Shown piece after piece: positions 29,160 through 39,589 of a DNA stretch of 64,000 nucleotides. The position numbers and the translations under genes were made by a program. Location of the stretch: NCBI GenBank assembly GCA_052426225.1, contig JBNJNM010000010.1, positions 1,240,001 through 1,304,000 of the forward strand. Reading direction: 5' to 3'. The first letter of the stretch is position 1, and every line of letters begins with the position of its first letter. The DNA is from Zancudomyces culisetae HAW-14-8 (taxonomy: Eukaryota > Fungi > Kickxellomycota). The notes under the pieces were generated by a model. That model made no database searches, was not told the origin of the DNA, and saw only the letters and a program-made list of their open reading frames with translations.

Positions 29160-30000
29160 AATCATTAAAAAATATTACCAGAAAATGAAATTGAATGTCA
29201 AATGAAGATTAAAAGTCAAGTAATTTATTGCAACACAACACTTCTACAATAAAAAAATATATATGGATAGAGTAATTAATTTAAACTGAGATTTAGCAAC
29301 TTAAATATATATTGAAAAAAATTAAAACGATGATATAGCAATCATTTAAACCAAGTGGAAGCAAAAGGTATAAATGAACATCTAATTAACTTAAAAGTAA
29401 TAAAATCAAATATAACCTCATACAATTGGAATTATCGAATAGAAATATCATAAAGTAATATAAAAAAATATAATGAAAAAACAAAAAAAAGTGTAAATGA
29501 TATCAAAAAGAGTAAACTATATAACAAGAGAAAAATAAACTTATTAAATGAAAAACCAAATATGATCGAAAGATATAAAATCAGATGAAGTAACTGCAAG
29601 AGTTTAGTAAAAGCTAATATTAGTAAAGAGCGAAAAACAGTAGGTTCAAATAATATATAAGAAATTGGCTATGAAGTGCAGAAATAATTTTCTTTTAACC
29701 AACTTATTTAAACAATACTTATTTAAAATAGTTAAGAAGTTTTGAGATATGTTTTAAAAAAATAATAATTTTATTAAGAAAACACTTTACATGAAACTAA
29801 CTTTTAAATGATCCGATAAAAATATACAGATTTAATTAAAAGAATAATTGAATATGCCATAAAGCCGAAAACATAATTTAAGCTGATACTGAAGTATAAT
29901 GGCTAAATTTTTTTTCCTGGCGAATCAGTTAGATTAGTTAGCAGATTATAGCTACAAATTAACACATGGCGAAAGAAATATTTAAAATTCATGAGTAAAG
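29160..30000 (+). pseudogene. Highly degraded Ty3/gypsy gag-pol remnant
   Basis: Short colinear peptides SNCKSLVKA (~29590), KRIIEYA/KAE (~29840-29870) and DYSYKLTH (~29945) resemble SNCKALVK, ERVIEYA..KAE and SYDYIIEH of the intact ORF at 58529. Confidence 0.5.
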
Positions 30001-30229
30001 TTTGAATACCTTAGTGGTCAGTGGTTATATTGAGGAAAAAAACTATTTAAACATCTTTAGTTTGTTTTAACAAAATATTAATGACATAGACGTAAAACTA
30101 AATATTAAATAACCTAATACTTTATTATAAATTGGATAATTTATATTTATATATTTAAAACGATAATAAATAAATTTTAAACTAACAATTTAACAATCAT
30201 ACTAGTGATGAATGTATGTTGTGTAAATA

Positions 30230-31193
30230 TAATAATCTGAGATAAACAAAGTCAGACTATGTAGTTGAAGAATAAGTCAAATTGTAATAACATTATTAAC
30301 TAAATTGTAGTTATAGTGTAATATACTGTAGATATTATAAGCTATCTGATATAATTCATCATCTAATGTGATAGCTGAGTTTGGTATAGCACTGATTATG
30401 TCAGTTATACTCAGGTCTCGGATCACTTCACTGGTTCTGATTTCCGTAATAGAAATGTTTTTAATAACTTATATTATGTTATAATGATAATAAAACACTA
30501 ATTAAACATATCAGTATCAAGTGAATTTGCTATTAGTAAGTATATAAAAACGTATATGTAAAGTATTTTTTGTTAAGAAAGGTAAAGAAGCTATTTTCGT
30601 TGTACGCTCTTGTTATATTCTGTAGTATAACGGCTACATACTTTTTGCTAGCGAATCAATTGCGATTCCTTAGCATGATATAACTACCAATTAACTTGTA
30701 GTTATTTTATATTTAAATATTTATAATAGTAAAGCTGAATATCTGAACGATCAGAAAAATAAAAGCGAAGCGGACAACGAAAATAAACATCTGTAGCCTT
30801 TCTTAACGGAATATACTTTACATATACGGTTTTTACATACTTAGTAATTGACAATAGTACTACATTGAGATAGTTTACTTAGTATTTTATTATTATTACA
30901 ACAATATAAAAGTTATTAAAACATTCTTATTACGGCAAACAGAACTAGTTAAGTGATCCGAGACCTGAGTATAACTGACATAATCAGTGCTATACCAAAC
31001 TCAGCCATCACATTAGCTGAAAAAATATATCAGATAACCTATAACATCTACTATATATTACAATTCGCTTTGTTATTCACTTTACTATCTTATTCTTTTT
31101 TACTATTTATTCCGCAGGCTCTCATTGGTAGTAATCTTCTGATAAGAAATAGAATTGATTCGCTAGCATAAAGTATGTAAGCGTTATGCTACA
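30230..31193. repeat. Diverged inverted pair of LTR-like copies (30792-31193 has TGTAGC...GCTACA ends)
   Basis: 30381-30428 is the exact reverse complement of 30951-30998; 30621-30660 matches the reverse complement of ~31152-31193. Confidence 0.7.
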
Positions 31194-31221
31194 ATGTACA
31201 AAAATTAAAGTAAAAAATAAA

Positions 31222-31295
31222 CGCTCCCAGCTAGGCTTGAACTAGCAACCTCCTGATTAACAGTCAGACGCGCTAACCAATTGCGCCATGGAAGC
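31222..31295 (-). tRNA. tRNA-Asn(GTT)
   Basis: GCTTCCATGGCGCAATTGGTTAGCGCG TCTGA CT GTT AA TCAGG..GTTCAAG..GGGAGCG cloverleaf, followed by a T-run. Confidence 0.95.
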
Positions 31296-31301
31296 TGTGT
31301 C

Positions 31302-32067
31302 TGTCGCATTATTAACAATTTGTACAATAGCACGTGGATGTGCCTGAAAATGGTACACTCAGTGCGAAAATGCAAATTCATTTCTGTTTACTTTTTTTAA
31401 ATAAATCCAAATAATTTCGAGCTCAGTATGCAATCAATTTTTCATACTGAGCTAGTTCAATAATGATGAATGTAAAATGTAAAATGATCCCATGCATTTT
31501 ACATTTATCATTAATAACAAACAAATTATTAATAATATTATAACAATAGTCATATTTTAGTATTTAGTTTTATATAGTGGTTTAACATTCGAATAGTATA
31601 TTTAAGGAGACGTATGGATGACATATGAAAACATCATCCATGTCTCGATACGGAATACTATAATAAAATAATTAAATAAAATCAAATATAAACCAAAAGA
31701 TAAATTAGCAATAATGTTTTTAAACAGTTGGATTGGAACCGAATGTGACTCCAGGAGGGAGTCACACACTTCTACCAGCATGAGCAGGGGCAGCAGCATG
31801 GATCAGGATGCAGGGGTATTAAGTCCCCGCACCCTTGGTGAGTTGACAGAAAGTGTCCGTCAACTCCAGATCCGTAGGAGCCCGGAAGAAATGTCGGTGA
31901 GTACAATTTCACCGACACTGTACAGGGGTATTAGCTCACCCGAGCACCCCTCGATGCACATTGCATTACGCAATAGAAGTGCATCAACCATCAGTGATCG
32001 TACCAGAACCGGTATAACACGTGATGGTAGCGCTAATGGAAGTAGTGATACTTCACATTATGCGACA
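31302..32067 (+). mobile_element. Solo LTR, ORF-bearing family A, TSD TGTC, 6 bp from the tRNA-Asn 5' end
   Basis: TGTCGCA...TGCGACA termini; TGTC at 31298-31301 and 32068-32071. Confidence 0.85.
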
Positions 32068-32076
32068 TGTCTTTGA
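31714..32076 (+). CDS. LTR-embedded small ORF, family A (SSMDQD.G.LSPRTL.ELT.SVRQ..IRRS)
   Basis: Amino-acid conservation with the 35694, 37079 and 56968 ORFs despite many synonymous changes. Confidence 0.55.
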   Translation: MFLNSWIGTECDSRRESHTSTSMSRGSSMDQDAGVLSPRTLGELTESVRQLQIRRSPEEMSVSTISPTLYRGISSPEHPSMHIALRNRSASTISDRTRTGITRDGSANGSSDTSHYATCL

Positions 32077-32469
32077 AATATAGTTGATTTTATTTAGTAT
32101 TTATATTATAATAAACTTTATACTTATTGTTATCTAAGTATTGTTAAAGTTATTATAGACGGTATAACTAGTTTTTTATGTGTCTCATCTTTTTATTTTG
32201 TATAAAATTCTACGCTTTTTATACTTTTTTTTTGATTATTCTGAATATCCTGATTCAAGTAGAAATCACTTATGTAATAAAATTTGCTATTAATAAATCT
32301 GGACTAAAAATAATAATGAATAATAATTAATAACTGTGAGTCATTAGAAAAAGGTATCGACTACATTACTTTATCGATGAAAAAAACTAATCCCCACAAG
32401 GTAGCGGCTTTATTAAATAACGTTATGACTAATTAACTAGTCATAACCTCGTCTAGCCACTATATGACA
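32074..32469 (-). mobile_element. Solo LTR (TGTCATATAGTGG family), TSD TCTT
   Basis: Ends CCACTATATGACA; TCTT at 32070-32073 and 32470-32473; diverged reverse complement of 34850-35275. Confidence 0.75.
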
Positions 32470-32474
32470 TCTTT

Positions 32475-32835
32475 TGTCGTATAAAAAAACGATAGTCTAC
32501 ACCGCCAATGGGGTAAAACGTTGGTGCAATTGTGTACCGAGCAGGTTATAACTATTTGTTAACCAAAGTGCTTGTACATCAATTGGATAAACGTTTTAAC
32601 ATTAATTACATAGTTTATTATCTATTTTATTTAATAATTATCAAACTCTTATAAATAGCGACGAACAGGACTCTATGGAATTCCTCGTTCGACTTTTCCT
32701 AATTCAGTAACGTTATTATACTAATAAAGATTATAAAACAAATACATTTAAGTCCTGAACCTACTTTAATAAGAGTATACAGTTTCGTCGTGCTGTTATA
32801 TTCTAAAATTACTAATTACAAAAATTTATACGACA
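32475..32835. mobile_element. Solo LTR, TSD CTTT
   Basis: 11-bp terminal inverted repeat TGTCGTATAAA/TTTATACGACA; CTTT on both sides. Confidence 0.8.
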
Positions 32836-32838
32836 CTT

Positions 32839-33526
32839 TGTTGTAATTTTAGATTGCAGAAAATTTCTCAGGAAATTTCCGCAACTAAACCTACAAAAAG
32901 TTCTGCTATTAGAGGGGGATTGTTACTGGAATAAGTTTTACTTTATTTAACCAGTCAACCCTACCTTTTTAGCTTATATTTAATTTAGTTTTATGTATTT
33001 ATTATTTCAATAAATGCGATAAAACTGGGTAAAATTACGCCCAACTCCTAAAATTTGGTGTGCAAAACAATCAATTTTGGTCCAAAAATTAGACTCTGAT
33101 ACCTTTCTGATACCCTTTAAAAATTGTGTTACGCTTCACTACCTATGTTTTTTTTTGGTTTTAGGTAGGTTTTTGCTCAAATCACAAATTTCAATTTTAT
33201 AGAAAAAAATCAAGTATTTTAGAGCTAATTTGTATTTTATTTAATGAATAACTTTTAAAAATAAAAAGATAAAACCACCAAACTTGTGGTGGGGTTACTA
33301 GTAATATACTAGTACCTGACTAGCTATTTTATTAGAACTTTATATAATAGAAACTTAAAATAAAACAATTAAAACTGAATATTTCTCCAACATTTGGGTA
33401 ATTTATTACCCAAGAAATCCCAGATTTCTTGCTCGAACACCCGAGATAACGGTGGTTATTCGGTGTTTGAGAAGCTGTATGCTGTTCATCCAATAGTTTA
33501 GCTTGGGTAGAACTAAGCATACAACA
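32839..33526. mobile_element. Solo LTR, TSD TCTT (left copy restored by removing 32475-32835)
   Basis: TGTTGTA...TACAACA termini; TCTT at 33527-33530. Confidence 0.75.
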
Positions 33527-33530
33527 TCTT

Positions 33531-33923
33531 TGTCATATAAAATTGGCGTCATTACCCCTGGACTACAATATTAGGTAATACCAGTTTCTCGTTTATTATT
33601 TATTAGTTATTATTTACTTGTGAGAAGATTGGACTTTTCTCCCGAAGAGGGTTTTATCTGACTTCTCTGATAATAGGTTCTTTTGTTATCAGTTTTTTAT
33701 TGAGATAATTTTTAGATAGAAGTTAATATTATATAAATTTTATATATTTTATAAGAGGAATAAATAAATAGTATAATATAAAAAAAGACTGTCTACGCCT
33801 CCATAATTGTTAGTTACGCAACAAGATAGTTTAAACTCTCTCTTGAAAGTAAATAGCACGGTGTTTAGACACTTATACCCATAACGGGTATAAAATATTT
33901 TAAATAATAAATAAAATATTACA
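33531..33923 (+). mobile_element. Solo LTR with ENE-like hairpin, TSD TCTT
   Basis: TGTCATAT...ATATTACA; TCTT on both sides; related to 55337-55751. Confidence 0.8.
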
Positions 33924-33928
33924 TCTTG

Positions 33929-34194
33929 TGTCGTGTAGTAAAAATGTTTTACGTCCTACTTGAAAGCTATTGGTTCCAAGCGCTACACGTGACGGGCCGC
34001 TAATAGTTACTATTTATAAATATTTATATGTACTATTATTATATTCAAGAGACGACAAATTTATTTAACTAAAAATTTCATTGATTTAAATACTACAAAA
34101 TCAACTACAAAAACTATTAAATAAATAACCAATAAAATAACACTATTAGTTACAATAGATGAGAAATCTATAACCTATAATATTTTATACGACA
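33929..34194. mobile_element. Solo LTR with mismatched flanks (CTTG/AAAT)
   Basis: TGTCGTGT...ATACGACA; close direct copy at 55068-55332. Confidence 0.75.
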
Positions 34195-34197
34195 AAA

Positions 34198-34520
34198 TGT
34201 CATATGAAAATATGATTAGAACAAAAATTCAATAGTTTTAAGAATTATAGTATTAGGAAATTAGCAGTATTTTTAGATTGGACTTTTTTCCCCTCGTGGT
34301 TTTTGTCCAGCGATTAATTATAGTTGAATAGTTTATTTAGATATTTTTTAACCTGAATGTTTCGGGATTTAAGACAACGCCCACAGAATTGAAATAAAGT
34401 AACTCTTAACAAACAAATTATAAGTCTAAGTTTTAACATAGTATATACAATAAACCAAAATTTATCGTTAGTTATTTAGAAATACATAGTTAAGTAATAA
34501 AATAAAATTTAATCATAACA
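34198..34520 (+). mobile_element. Solo LTR with ENE-like hairpin, TSD AAAA
   Basis: TGTCAT...ATAACA; first ~110 bp nearly identical to the 34526 unit. Confidence 0.78.
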
Positions 34521-34525
34521 AAAAT

Positions 34526-34845
34526 TGTCATATAATAATATGATTAGAACAAAAATTCAATAGTTTTTAGAATTATAGTATTAGGAAATTAGCAGTATTT
34601 TTAGATTGGACCTTTTTCCCCTCGTGGTTTTTGTCCGATGTTATTTTATAGGTATAATTTATTTCAGACTAGTATGAACAATTTTAGGGTTCAAAAGGAC
34701 CTCCCACAACAAGAAAAATAAAAACAATTGTTTTCTCAAACTATCAGAATAATATTAAGTATACAGATTATATTGTTAAAACAAATATAGTATAGTGATA
34801 ATAAATAAGTAGAGAACAATATATTACAATAATCTTATTTTAACA
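34526..34845 (+). mobile_element. Solo LTR with ENE-like hairpin, TSD AAAT
   Basis: TGTCA...TAACA; AAAT at 34522-34525 and 34846-34849. Confidence 0.8.
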
Positions 34846-34849
34846 AAAT

Positions 34850-35275
34850 TGTCATATAGTGGGCAGGAGAGCATGATGACAAATTAATTAGTCATCATGC
34901 AAACGAACAAATTATTAGTTTGCGATAACTAATGAGGATCAGTTTTTTTTCACTATCGATGAAAATAACGTCATCTAGTTTTTTCTGATGACTCATAGTG
35001 TCGCAATACAAACGTTTGTTTAGTCATATAATTTTTAATAGTAATTTATTGTTTTAGTATTAAAGAAGTTTAGTTTCAGTATCTTAGTTTAAAATAATTT
35101 TTACTTAGAAAGAAAAAATGTATAAAAAAATGAAATATTTGACAAAATAAAGAAAAACATACAGAAAATAATTAGTTAAAGATATAATTACCTTATTATA
35201 GTTAATAAAAATAACTTGAAAAAATATTATAGAACAATTATAGTAAATACTTATATTTAATAATAAAATATAACA
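34850..35275 (+). mobile_element. Solo LTR (TGTCATATAGTGG family), TSD AAAT (right copy split by the next insertion)
   Basis: TGTCATAT...ATATAACA termini; removing 35278-36048 restores AAAT. Confidence 0.78.
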
Positions 35276-35277
35276 AA

Positions 35278-36048
35278 TGTCGAATGAGTAAAACTATTCA
35301 ACCAGTATTAATGCATGGTTATACATTTCCTTATTTTACATAGTTGAATTAAAATTTGGACATAATTTAAAAAAAATTAAGAAAATGAAAATTAATGGAC
35401 TCAGCATGAAATCAATTCTTCATACTGCGTCCATTCAATAATGATGAATGTAGTATGGGAAATGTTCAAATACATGTTCATACTACATCAATATTATCAA
35501 ACCTAAATATTATTTTATTAGTTATATCTTATCATGTTTATAGTCTATTTGGAGAACAAAATGATTTTATAGTTTATATTTAAAGGATACATGGTGGAAA
35601 AGAAACCATCATTCATGTCCTACCATACGGATTAGTAATAAAGATTATCTAAATAAAGATTTGTAAACAGCAGCACAAATAAAAGTAAAAATAATGATCA
35701 ACTATCTTTTCGGTACAGGTGCGAATGAATCTAGGAGAGATTCTTCCCCCTCATCAAACAGCACTAGGGGCAGTAGCATGGACCAAGAGACAGGGGTGTT
35801 AAGTCCCCGAACACTTGGGGAGTTGACGGAAAGTGTTCGTCAACTTCGAATCCGTAGAAGCCCGGAGTCAATGTCCGTGAGTACTATCTCACCGACATTG
35901 TATAGGGATAATAGCTCAACTGAGCCTCCCTTGATGCACATCACGCTACGGGGTAGCAGTGCATCGATATCCAGTGATTATACCCGAACCGGTATGTCAC
36001 GTGAAGAGACTAGTATTCAGAACTCTCAGGGTTTTGAATACTACGACA
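35278..36048 (+). mobile_element. Solo LTR, ORF-bearing family A, TSD CAAA
   Basis: TGTCG...CGACA; CAAA at 35274-35277 and 36049-36052. Confidence 0.82.
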
Positions 36049-36095
36049 CAAAATTGTCGTGTGAATATTATAGTTTTATATTTTTATTTGCTTAA
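35694..36095 (+). CDS. LTR-embedded small ORF, family A
   Basis: MINYLF..ESRRDSS..RGSSMDQETGVLSPRTLGELTESVRQLRIRRSPE. Confidence 0.55.
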   Translation: MINYLFGTGANESRRDSSPSSNSTRGSSMDQETGVLSPRTLGELTESVRQLRIRRSPESMSVSTISPTLYRDNSSTEPPLMHITLRGSSASISSDYTRTGMSREETSIQNSQGFEYYDTKLSCEYYSFIFLFA

Positions 36096-36425
36096 GTCAT
36101 ATCGAAAACTAGATAGAAATTATTTGCCCTTATATAATTTTTTGGGTCTAACGAACTACTACTATAATATTTTTAATTATAAAGTTATAACTGTTTTAAA
36201 CATGTGAAATATGAATTATAATAATATTATTGAAACAGGGGGTTTCCCCTTGCTGAATAGGAAAAGATGTTGTAAATCATATATAGATGATTCCCATGAC
36301 TCATCTATGACAGTGTGATTCTCAGATTTACAAGGATGTTACGTGAATTTAATTTAACCATCATTGCAATTTATTAAAAACCCATTGGGAAAAAATATAA
36401 ATTGTGATAATTTAAATTGACGACA
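36055..36425. mobile_element. Solo LTR, TSD AAAT
   Basis: TGTCGT...ACGACA; AAAT on both sides. Confidence 0.75.
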
Positions 36426-36428
36426 AAA

Positions 36429-36740
36429 TGTCGTATAGAAATACGATTAGAAGGATAAGGGGAATTAGTCCCCGGTTTTATTTAAGTTGCTTTTAGTTAT
36501 ATTTATATGTTTAGATTGGACCTTTTTCCCCTTGTGGTTTTGTCCAATGGTTTTTTATTAGTTAGTTATTTTAGTTTAATTAGTCAAATATTTGGGGGTT
36601 AAATGAATCTCCCACTTGGAAGAAAAAATAAAATCATCTTTATTCACAATTAGAAAAACAGTCTATTCTAGTAAAAGTTTATTATTAGTATTATAAAATA
36701 ATACGATACAGTAAACCAAATTAAAATATATAACTATACA
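36429..36740 (+). mobile_element. Solo LTR related to the 34198/34526 units (right end uncertain)
   Basis: TGTCGTATAG start and the shared GATTGGAC-T-run-CCCC..GTGG-T-run-GTCC hairpin. Confidence 0.65.
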
Positions 36741-36750
36741 TTTTATTCAT

Positions 36751-37372
36751 TGTCGAGATACTAGATCCGGGTATCACGGCATAGCAACGTGTATTGGATC
36801 AGATTACACGTTGCTGAACAATTACATTGTTCATTAAAGAAACGTTGAGATATGTATGAATGATTGTTAACAACACATTCATACACCAACGTTTCAACGC
36901 AAACATTAATATAGTAATATTGTTTTTTATGGATGATAGTTTAGTGATTATTTTTAAAGAGTTAGTTTATATAAATAAAAGACATAGGATGAATTGGAAA
37001 GCGTCATCCATGTCTTAATATACGGACGTATAAATAAAAATCTAGTTCATAATAAAAAATTATATCAAAACTACGAAAATGTACTACTCAAATGGGTATG
37101 AAGATGAGGAGATGGCAATAAGTACCACTTCATCATCTTCCGGAAGAAGTACTGGCAGCAGCATGGATCAGGATGCTGGGGTATTAAGCCCCCAGACCTT
37201 GAAAGATCTGACCACTAGCGTGCGTCAGATACAGATCCGTAGTAGCCTAGGGAGTCCGTCGGGGATCAGACTTTCCCCTACACCTCCAAAGGGGTGTGTG
37301 TCACCCCATTCTGCGCAAATGGGGATAAGGTTACAGAGCAATTGTGTAACCCCCAGATCCCATACTGCGACA
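36751..37372 (+). mobile_element. Solo LTR, divergent ORF-bearing family A, TSD TCAT, 14 bp upstream of tRNA-Glu
   Basis: TGTCG...CGACA; TCAT at 36747-36750 and 37373-37376. Confidence 0.82.
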
Positions 37373-37408
37373 TCATTAAAAATATATCCGCAATGGTCTA
37401 GTGGCTAG
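37079..37408 (+). CDS. LTR-embedded small ORF, family A (divergent); the last codons lie outside the LTR and overlap tRNA-Glu
   Basis: GSSMDQDAGVLSPQTLKDLTTSVRQIQIRSS. Confidence 0.5.
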   Translation: MYYSNGYEDEEMAISTTSSSSGRSTGSSMDQDAGVLSPQTLKDLTTSVRQIQIRSSLGSPSGIRLSPTPPKGCVSPHSAQMGIRLQSNCVTPRSHTATSLKIYPQWSSG

Positions 37409-37458
37409 GATCCGACGCTCTCACCGTCGTGGCCGGGGTTCGATTCCCCGTTGCGGAA
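37387..37458 (+). tRNA. tRNA-Glu(CTC)
   Basis: TCCGCAA/TTGCGGA acceptor, CGACG CT CTC AC CGTCG anticodon arm, GGTTCGATTCC. Confidence 0.95.
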
Positions 37459-37460
37459 TT

Positions 37461-37532
37461 AGCACCATAGCGCAGAGGAAGCGCGCAAGGCTCATAACCT
37501 TGAGGTCCCTAGATCGAAACTAGGTGGTGCTA
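37461..37532 (+). tRNA. Initiator tRNA-Met(CAT)
   Basis: A1:U72 pair, CAT anticodon, initiator-type GATCGAAA T-loop, TTTTT terminator downstream. Confidence 0.93.
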
Positions 37533-38875
37533 CATTTTTACGTTATCTCACGTATATTTATACATTTTGATTTATAGAAACATTGCAATTAAACAGATAG
37601 AGATTATACTAGTATCTAATTTATTTTTCAGATTATTTATGTTTGAGTTTGGTATAACACTAAATATTCAATTATACTCAAGCATTGGATCACGCTACAA
37701 GTTTAGTTTGACATTTATTCTATGCCATTATTGCGTATATTGTGAGAACTTTACATCTGGTTAAAATGTATTTATGTTTTAAACTTATAATTATTGTAAA
37801 TAGTTGTTGATATTAATAATTGAAAATTCTATGTTTGGAAATAATATATCTTATAATTACTGTGATTAAAATATTCTAACGTGTATTATAGCTTAGAAGC
37901 TTTAATTGTTTATTTGAAAAATCTAACATATTACAAAATTAGTAATTAAAGAATGAAGCTATTATTCATATATATATATTCAACATAGATTGAATTCAAA
38001 TATATTAGTAATATGTTAAAAGTTTATTTACTACAAATCATTTACAGTATTATTTGGATATAATTAATATACAATTGTTATAGTTAAAATTATATCTATC
38101 ATACTTGAAGGTGATAAAATAAATATAATTTAAATAGATTTATTTGTTTGTTTTGTAGTAATAGTTTATAGTTGCATTTATAGTTTGATTGTAAAATGAA
38201 TTTTTACTTTGTTTGAAATTAAGCTAGACGTGTATTTGACTTGTATAATTAATATTGATTACGTATCATAATGTTGAAAATTATGTAAAGAAATATAATA
38301 GACTAAAAAATAATTTCTAACTATAAATGTAAAATTATTAAAATTTAGATAAATATAGTATCCGAAAAGCATAATTTAATCTACACCACTGTACGTGTGT
38401 ATCTCGTATGCTCCATTTTGCACGCTCAGGCACTAATTACGCATATTTGAGCGGGCATTGGGTATTTAGGTGAGAAACTAGCATAATTTCTAATACGAAC
38501 AATAATTAGTTGTTAATATTCTGTGACTCATATGATATTTCGAATGTTTTTGAATTTAAACTTTATTTATGATTATATTAGTCAATATCTAACATATTTT
38601 TATATGTATACTGTTATATATATACATACTTATTATACACTTTAATTTATTAATAAATAAATTTATATAATAAATCATTATTATGATTAGGTATCAATTA
38701 AACAGTCAGTTCTAAATTTAATTTTCTAATCCATTACCTATTTAAAAACATTACACATATGAGTTAAATATTACGCAATTTCTGGGGACAATTATTACTT
38801 AATATGTCACCCCATACAATCCAAAACCTTCTAGAACAATCAAATTAAATATTGATTAGTACACTGGGTTAATAG

Positions 38876-39081
38876 TGTCGTAGCCGACAGTAGTAATTCT
38901 CGATAATAAATATTAACGTAAATTGGATAACTTACAAAGAGTCAGAGATAAGGAAATAGGAAGATTAAAAGGCTAAAAAAGGAGTAAGGAAATAAGGGAG
39001 TGCGTTTTTGGTAGATAGTTAATAGGGTTAGTTAAGTTAGGTATATCTAAATAAAGTTACAATATAAATCGCAACACGACA
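38876..39081. mobile_element. Short solo LTR, TSD ATAG
   Basis: TGTCGT...ACGACA; ATAG on both sides. Confidence 0.7.
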
Positions 39082-39589
39082 ATAGTTTAGGTTAGTTTTA
39101 TTTATTAAAGTTATTTTAAAGGTAAAAACCTAATATTTTTCTAAACTTTAACATAATCTGAAACAATTGTATAAATTAACGATAAGTACTCCAAAAAATT
39201 AATCATTAAAAGTAAATATTTTTTCCAATAATCATACAAAGGAGTTTTTTACACTAACAAATATTTAGTTATACTGTATATTTATTTTTTATAATTTGTT
39301 TAATTTGAAAAAACGTCATATGTTAAATATGAGTAAACATACATGCTCGGTTTTTACAACTCGTTGCTTATGTCATTATTTAACATGTCATAACTGCTAT
39401 TTTTATTTTCACTTAAAAATAGTAAATGTTAAATTTTTTAACATTCTCTCCGCTAATTAAATTCGTTCTCAAATGTAATTATTTGAAATAATTTATTAAA
39501 CATTTTAATCGTTATGGTGAATGTTTCGATAACTGCAATTTATAAATATATTGCAGTTAAAATATTTACGATGTTTTAGTTTGAACATT

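Noticed and set aside
34985-35010. CTGATGA as a possible hammerhead ribozyme core
   Set aside because: No stem II/GAAA/stem III arrangement follows, and the related copy (32074-32469) has CTAATGA.
31302-37372. CRISPR-like array suggested by recurring TGTC...ACA junctions
   Set aside because: Units are 200-800 bp with terminal inverted bases and TSDs; there is no constant repeat/spacer and no cas genes in this eukaryotic context. These are solo LTRs.
37567-37764. 65-aa ORF present twice with identical sequence (also 35959-36207)
   Set aside because: The identity is due only to the inverted duplication; AT-rich, non-ATG starts, no motif.
38380-38475. GC-richer island with CCACTG-TA resembling a Tc1 end or a small RNA
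   Set aside because: No partner TIR, no A/B boxes and no recognisable fold; insufficient support.
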